DNA from: Moniliella sp. 'wahieum'
Taxonomy: Eukaryota
Reading direction: 5' to 3'
NCBI GenBank assembly: GCA_003971905.1
Contig: RSEE01000152.1
Coordinates: forward strand, 62,001-114,659
Length of the DNA stretch: 52,659 bases
Shown piece after piece: positions 47,703-52,659 of the stretch (positions within the stretch are counted from its first letter, which is position 1; each line of letters opens with the position of its first letter). Both the position numbers and the translations under genes were made by a program. The notes beneath the pieces are model-generated. The model did not search any database. It saw only the letters and a program-made list of their open reading frames with translations, and had not been told where the DNA came from.

Positions 47703-50700
47703 CGTGCGCAGGACGGCACGAGGACGAGGACGAAGACGAGGACGAAGACGAGGACGAGCTGCGCAAAACGAGGGCGGCGGGGGTTGAGCTTCGCAGGACG
47801 AGTCGATCCTCCATTCTGCATTCACGCGCAAGCATCCCCGCCCGCAATCTCCGACGGGCCCTTGCGTCGCCGAGGCCAGCAGCCGGGCATTGCAATTTGA
47901 AACCACCCATGCCATCTCATCGATCATCCATCATCGGTCATGATCTGGCGCCTAGCTTGCTTTTCCGAGTTGACCAAAATGCGACGAGCAAGTTTCAAAG
48001 CACATTTTCCCATCGAGTGCGAAGTGCGCGGGCCAACTTTTGTCGAGCAAAAAGACCCATGTAACGGGCGAGGGTGGGGGTAGCCGAGCCCGGCCGAGCT
48101 CGGCCGAGCTTGTTCGGACGTTGAACGAACCCATGTAATCCGTTATGTCCAAACGTAGCATGTTCCCATCTCTATCTCGATCTATGCAGCTATGGGATCA
48201 AGTCCCGTTTTCGTGCGGCTGAGGGGATCTGTACGCGAGCTTCTGCGTCCCTGCATGATTTTAGCATACTTCAACTATTTTGGTCTTTAGTTTTGTACGC
48301 ACGTCAGCTCTGAGTCGAGCCACCGGATCTGGACGTCGAGCGTCTCGTTTTCGTTTGAGATTCTCCCCTCATGCCTTTACCCGATTTATAGCCGAGGGCG
48401 GAGAACCTCTGCCCTTTATTAGCTTGAGCACTTTTCTCGTTTTGACTGTTCCCGATTCTGGCTGAGTGTGGGAACCTTTTCTTACTTAGTTTGTGCTTCT
48501 TTCTGGGAGACAGTAATCTCGACTCCTTTCCCTTTCTTTCTTCGTTGTGTTGTCTATCCTTTCTAGATCCTGCATGTATAGCCTTGATCCGTCAGTTCCT
48601 TTGCTCTCCTAGCGGCGAATTTCGTCTTTGTCTCTTCTCGTCCACACATTCCGTCTGTTTCTCTCGTCTTTAGTCCTTGTACACCATCCTTTTCCAATGC
48701 ATCGTTGACCTGCCAGACAACTCCGCGGTGCGTTACTCTTAGTACTTGCGAACCAGTTGTCCCTCCGACCTGCTTCCAGCAACCCCCTCTTGGTCTCTTC
48801 CCGTATTTTTTTCGACCGGGCATCCATTGCCGTCGATGTCCAGCTTTCTGCCTTCTCTGTACGGATCCCGCGGCGATCCTATAAGAGGTGAGTTGTTCTG
48901 CCTCAGACGGAACCTGTCCTAACCTGTCTTTGTTTTGCCTACGGCAACTGAAGGGTTGGCTTGTTTCGGCGCATACTCACCCTTTTTTGCCACCCGAGCC
49001 GATACCCCAATTGATAGGCCTCACCTCGTCGTCGCTATAGTTCCCTTCGGATCTGCCAGTAGTGTTCGGGTTCGATCAATCGTGAATGGCCTGTCCTTCT
49101 CCACTCCAAAGGAAATCGCCCTTAAACCATGGGACGGGTTCTAGTCCGGGGCCCGCGGTGTGACGAGCCATCCTGCAACGTTCCATCTTTTTATACCAGT
49201 GACGATGATGTTGGGCAACTGCTGGTGGGCACCCAGTTCCGTTTTTCTCGTGTTGCCTCTGTCGGTGCGCAAACACGAGGAGAACAGGGCACAGTCCTGG
49301 CAGCAATTGGAGGGCTCAACTTCGGTGTTGAAGATGAAGCCCCGCGGGGGTCGCTTAGCATCCTGGTTGTTCTTACATCAATCAACTACTGTGGTCGATG
49401 GACTGACCCGCAGCGCACCCTGTTGCAACCCTTTCTTACTGTTTTGTTGTCCTGGGCACTGTTCCCGACAACAACAATAAGGGCAACGCTACTGCGGATA
49501 TGGCTATTGCCACTTCCCATTCCCTGTGGGATGGGAGAGGAAACATGTCTCCCCAAGCGAGAAGCAAGCTCAAACCGAAACTTTCTCCCCGCGACCTCCC
49601 TTTTGTTGCGAGGAAGAGGAGAGGAACGCCAGTGTAGTGGTATTCAGCGGTTCAGGAGATCAAAGCCTTGTCCAAGCAGGCTAATCCTAAGGAAGGAAGC
49701 ATTGGAAAATCATGGCGGGGTTACGGTGTAACGTCTTCCCTCTCAGCAGTGTAGGAAAGGCAACACAACTATAGCCGTGCTCCCGCCACCGCATATAGTA
49801 AGAACATTTCCAGCCGCCAGTTTTGCTCTACGTGGCAACGATGGTTTGAGGATGCCGGAAGGAGCGGAATGAGGTGGTCGGAGATGGGTTCTGGTTCAGC
49901 CATGCCCACCTCTTAAACCTGTGTATCCTCTTTTTCTCTCGAGAGTCGCTGCCCCGGGTTTTGGGAGATATATACGAGGCGAGGGAACCACAGTATACTT
50001 ACCTTCCGATACTAGTATATACAGCTCTAACCTCCCGCCTTGCCACCCGACGTGGGAGGTTGCTGTCCCCTTTCTCCCGCGGTAGCAAGATAAGCAATTA
50101 TACCCTGATGCCCCTCTCCCCCCCGGTTCGGACTTGCCACTTACGGGGCCAAACCAAACCGTCGTCAGCCGGCCCAAGGCGCAGCACAGCCCAACGTTCC
50201 GGCCCTGCTATCACCTCTCTCGTTCTCGTTCTCGTTCTCGTTCCACGTTCCGCGTTGCACAGCGCGGCGAGGGGCTCGTCGATGGCAGCCAGACGGAGCA
50301 GCAGTAGCCCCCCCCCTGCCTATAGGCGTCCCATGCACAGCCCCACCTCTCCTTTCCCCGCTCACCTTTCACCTTTCACCCTCCAACCTTCAACCTTCAA
50401 GCTTCGTTTCAAGCTTCGCTTCAAGTTTTACCCTGCCACCTGCTACCCGCAACGGTGCACCTGGCCATCCACCCCCCCTTGGTGGGCCTTGGCTTGGGTC
50501 GGCGTAGTTCGAGGGGGTGGCGGGGCAAGAGAAGGGGGGTGTAGTCTACGTCTAGATCTCATCCCAGCTAGCTACCTCTCGGACCCTGAGGCGGGGAGGG
50601 GACGAGACGCACGCGATCGGCGCGTCTCCCAGCCGAGCGCAGGGCCCGACCCACGTGGCACGTGGCCAGGCGAGCCGCTCGCGACCTGCCACGGATCGAC

Positions 50701-51028
50701 CGATGGAGCACACACGCACGCAAGAGCAGAGCAAAGGAAAGGAAGGGCAAGCGCCGATAAAAGTAGATTGAGAACGGCACACGCGAACAGGTTTAACCAC
50801 TTACCAGCCGAGCCACCTCGCCTTCCCACAGAGCGAGAGCGAAAGGGAGGGAAAGGGAAAGGGAGAGGGAGAGGGAGAAAAGGAGGAGGAAAATGTACCC
50901 CAAGGCAAGCAGGCGCAGCCAAAGGGGGAGAAGCACGGGACAGTGGCTTGTCCGGGCTGTGTTTCGCGTCTGGTGCAGCTCGTACCGAGACGTGTGGCAC
51001 GCCGTGCCCCGGGCGAGGGGGGGGGGGA

Positions 51029-52659
51029 TTAGGCGCGGCGCGGCATGGTCCAATCAAAGTCGGCAAACTCGTTCTGGTCGGCCGGGGAGAGGACCGAGTT
51101 GACGGGGGTGAGCGTGGGGCGTTCGCTGGTGAACTCCGTGTCGAACCAGGAGGTGTCGGTCTTGGATTTGAGCGTCGGCTTGAACGGCGGCTCGAGCCGT
51201 TTGGCATAGAGCGCGTCCCAGTCCACATCGGCAAAGTACGGGTGCCGCTTGATCTCCGCCGCATCCTCCGGCCCGGCCCAGCCGTTTCTTCGTTCTTCGG
51301 TCGCGCTGCAATAGGTGCATCAGCAACGGCACACTGTGCGGCGGCATCTGCAGCGGGAACAGCGGCTCATCTTCCAGAATCGCATCAAAAATCTCATCTT
51401 CATCGTCACCCCGGAACGGCGCTTGACCCAGAATCATCTCGTACAGCAAGATCCCAAACGCCCACCAGTCAACGGCACGTGTATAAGGCTGCTCAAGAAG
51501 GATCTACCAAACGAAACCGGGTTAACACCAACATCTAACGGGAGCACAAGGGGGGAGGGGGGGGGGGGAGAGAGAGACGTACTTCAGGGGCCATAAACTC
51601 GGGGGTACCACAGAACGTGTTGGTCGTAGCACCGGCGTGCATGTTTTTCTTTGCACAGACCATAATCTGCCACCTTGACGTGGCCATCGAGGCTGAGGAG
51701 GATATTGTCGAGCTTGAGGTCGCGATAGACAATGCCCTGCGTATGGAAGTACTCCAGGGCAAGGAGCACCTCGGCGGCATAGAACTTGGTCCGCTGGCGG
51801 GAGAAGCGCTCGGTTTGAATGTGAAGCATCAGGTCTCCGCCCGAGACGTATTCCATGACAAAGTAGATACGTGTCTCGGTTTGGAAGCACGAGTGGAGAC
51901 TGAGCAAGAACGGATGCCGTTCCCGCGACGCGGCCTGGAACACCCGCTTTTCGCTCCGCAGACTCTCAATCTCGTCATTCTCAATGCAAAACGCCTTCTT
52001 CAACACCTTGATCGCCACCAACTCGCCCGTCGCACGCTCCTCGGCCAACATGACCTTGCCAAAGTTGCCCTTGCCCAACACACTGAGGAAGTTAAAGTCT
52101 TGCAACGTAACCGGCTTCCCCGTCGGGCCAGGCACATCCAGACCCGAGGACACATCGACCACTGGTGCAGACGCGGGTGCTGGTGCGGGCGCTGGCGCTG
52201 GCGGCTGGGCCACCACCAGTTGCGAGTCCGGTGCGGGCACGGGAGCAACGCGGCCTTGGTGTACGGACTGGGCTCGGGAAGTGCCGAGGGAGTTTGGGGA
52301 GCCGGTTGTATGGCGATTCCACTGCTGGGCGGCAGTTGGGGCCCGTGGGGATGGGTGCGACCGGAAGAAGGCGACGAGTAAGAAGGCATTGTCGATCCCG
52401 GCGACGAGTAGCTGGCAGGCAGTTGTTGCTCATACCGCGTCCGGTCATTGTACCCAGGGGAGGCAGATGGCGCTGGCGCGGTCGACGGGGGGTAGGGCAC
52501 CCGCTGGTCGGCTGGGGTGGGAGTAACAGCGGGCTTGGCCACTGGCGGAGGAGGCTGGCTAGGGCGAAGTGCCAAGGGCGATTCGTGCGCCGGGACCGTC
52601 GGGGGAACGGTTGCGGGGGAGGCAACGGCTTTGTCTTTCGGTCAGGCCGAGGCCGAGGC
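51029..52659 (-). CDS. PKC1: Protein kinase C, catalytic domain and AGC tail (5' part outside window)
   Basis: [97 protein letters not shown] and EFADFDW. Intron 51504-51582. Confidence 0.96.

Noticed and set aside
48091..48106. 16-bp palindrome cggccgagctcggccg as a Zn2Cys6 binding site
   Set aside because: It arises from a 10-bp tandem duplication in GC-rich DNA, and CGG triplets are too common here to support the call.
49874..51538. 554-aa plus-strand ORF
   Set aside because: It is antisense to the PKC1 3' end, runs through simple repeats and has no domain. It is a GC-rich shadow ORF.
1..52659. Pervasive frameshifts as mass pseudogenisation, programmed frameshifting or RNA editing
   Set aside because: They hit conserved housekeeping genes (PKC1, INO1) whose residues are otherwise intact, fall mostly in homopolymer runs, and the two LTRs differ only by such indels. 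This is typical uncorrected long-read error.

Overview
A GC-rich, intron-poor fungal window, most likely from a basidiomycete. Introns have GTRHGT-type donors, CTRAC branch points and mostly YAG acceptors. Nearly every gene carries single-base indels, mostly in homopolymer runs. This looks like unpolished long-read error, so genes were stitched across frames by hand and family calls rest on motif recognition, not database searches. Genes recognised: 3' end of a vWA protein, CDC1/PGAP5 metallophosphoesterase, an orphan membrane protein, KRE6/SKN1, G3BP/Bre5 (NTF2-RRM), a velvet regulator with a split domain, INO1, a degenerate NSE4 homologue interrupted by a 222-bp Helitron-like element, a probable mitochondrial TPR-like protein, a small secreted cupin-like protein, a Zn2Cys6 transcription factor, a PXB/DUF3818 protein and the 3' part of PKC1. 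Mobile DNA: one young full-length Ty1/copia element (no target-site duplication, non-canonical tRNA-half-like PBS) and two related non-autonomous Helitron-like elements. The most unusual signal is a recurrent intergenic pattern: 7-bp-period arrays of A-NNNN-T hexamer palindromes (AACGTT, AAGCTT, AGGCCT, AGCGCT, ACATGT, ACTAGT, AGTACT, AGATCT, ATGCAT, ACGCGT) separated by one spacer base. They occur in most intergenic intervals, sometimes with different palindromes mixed in the same phase.
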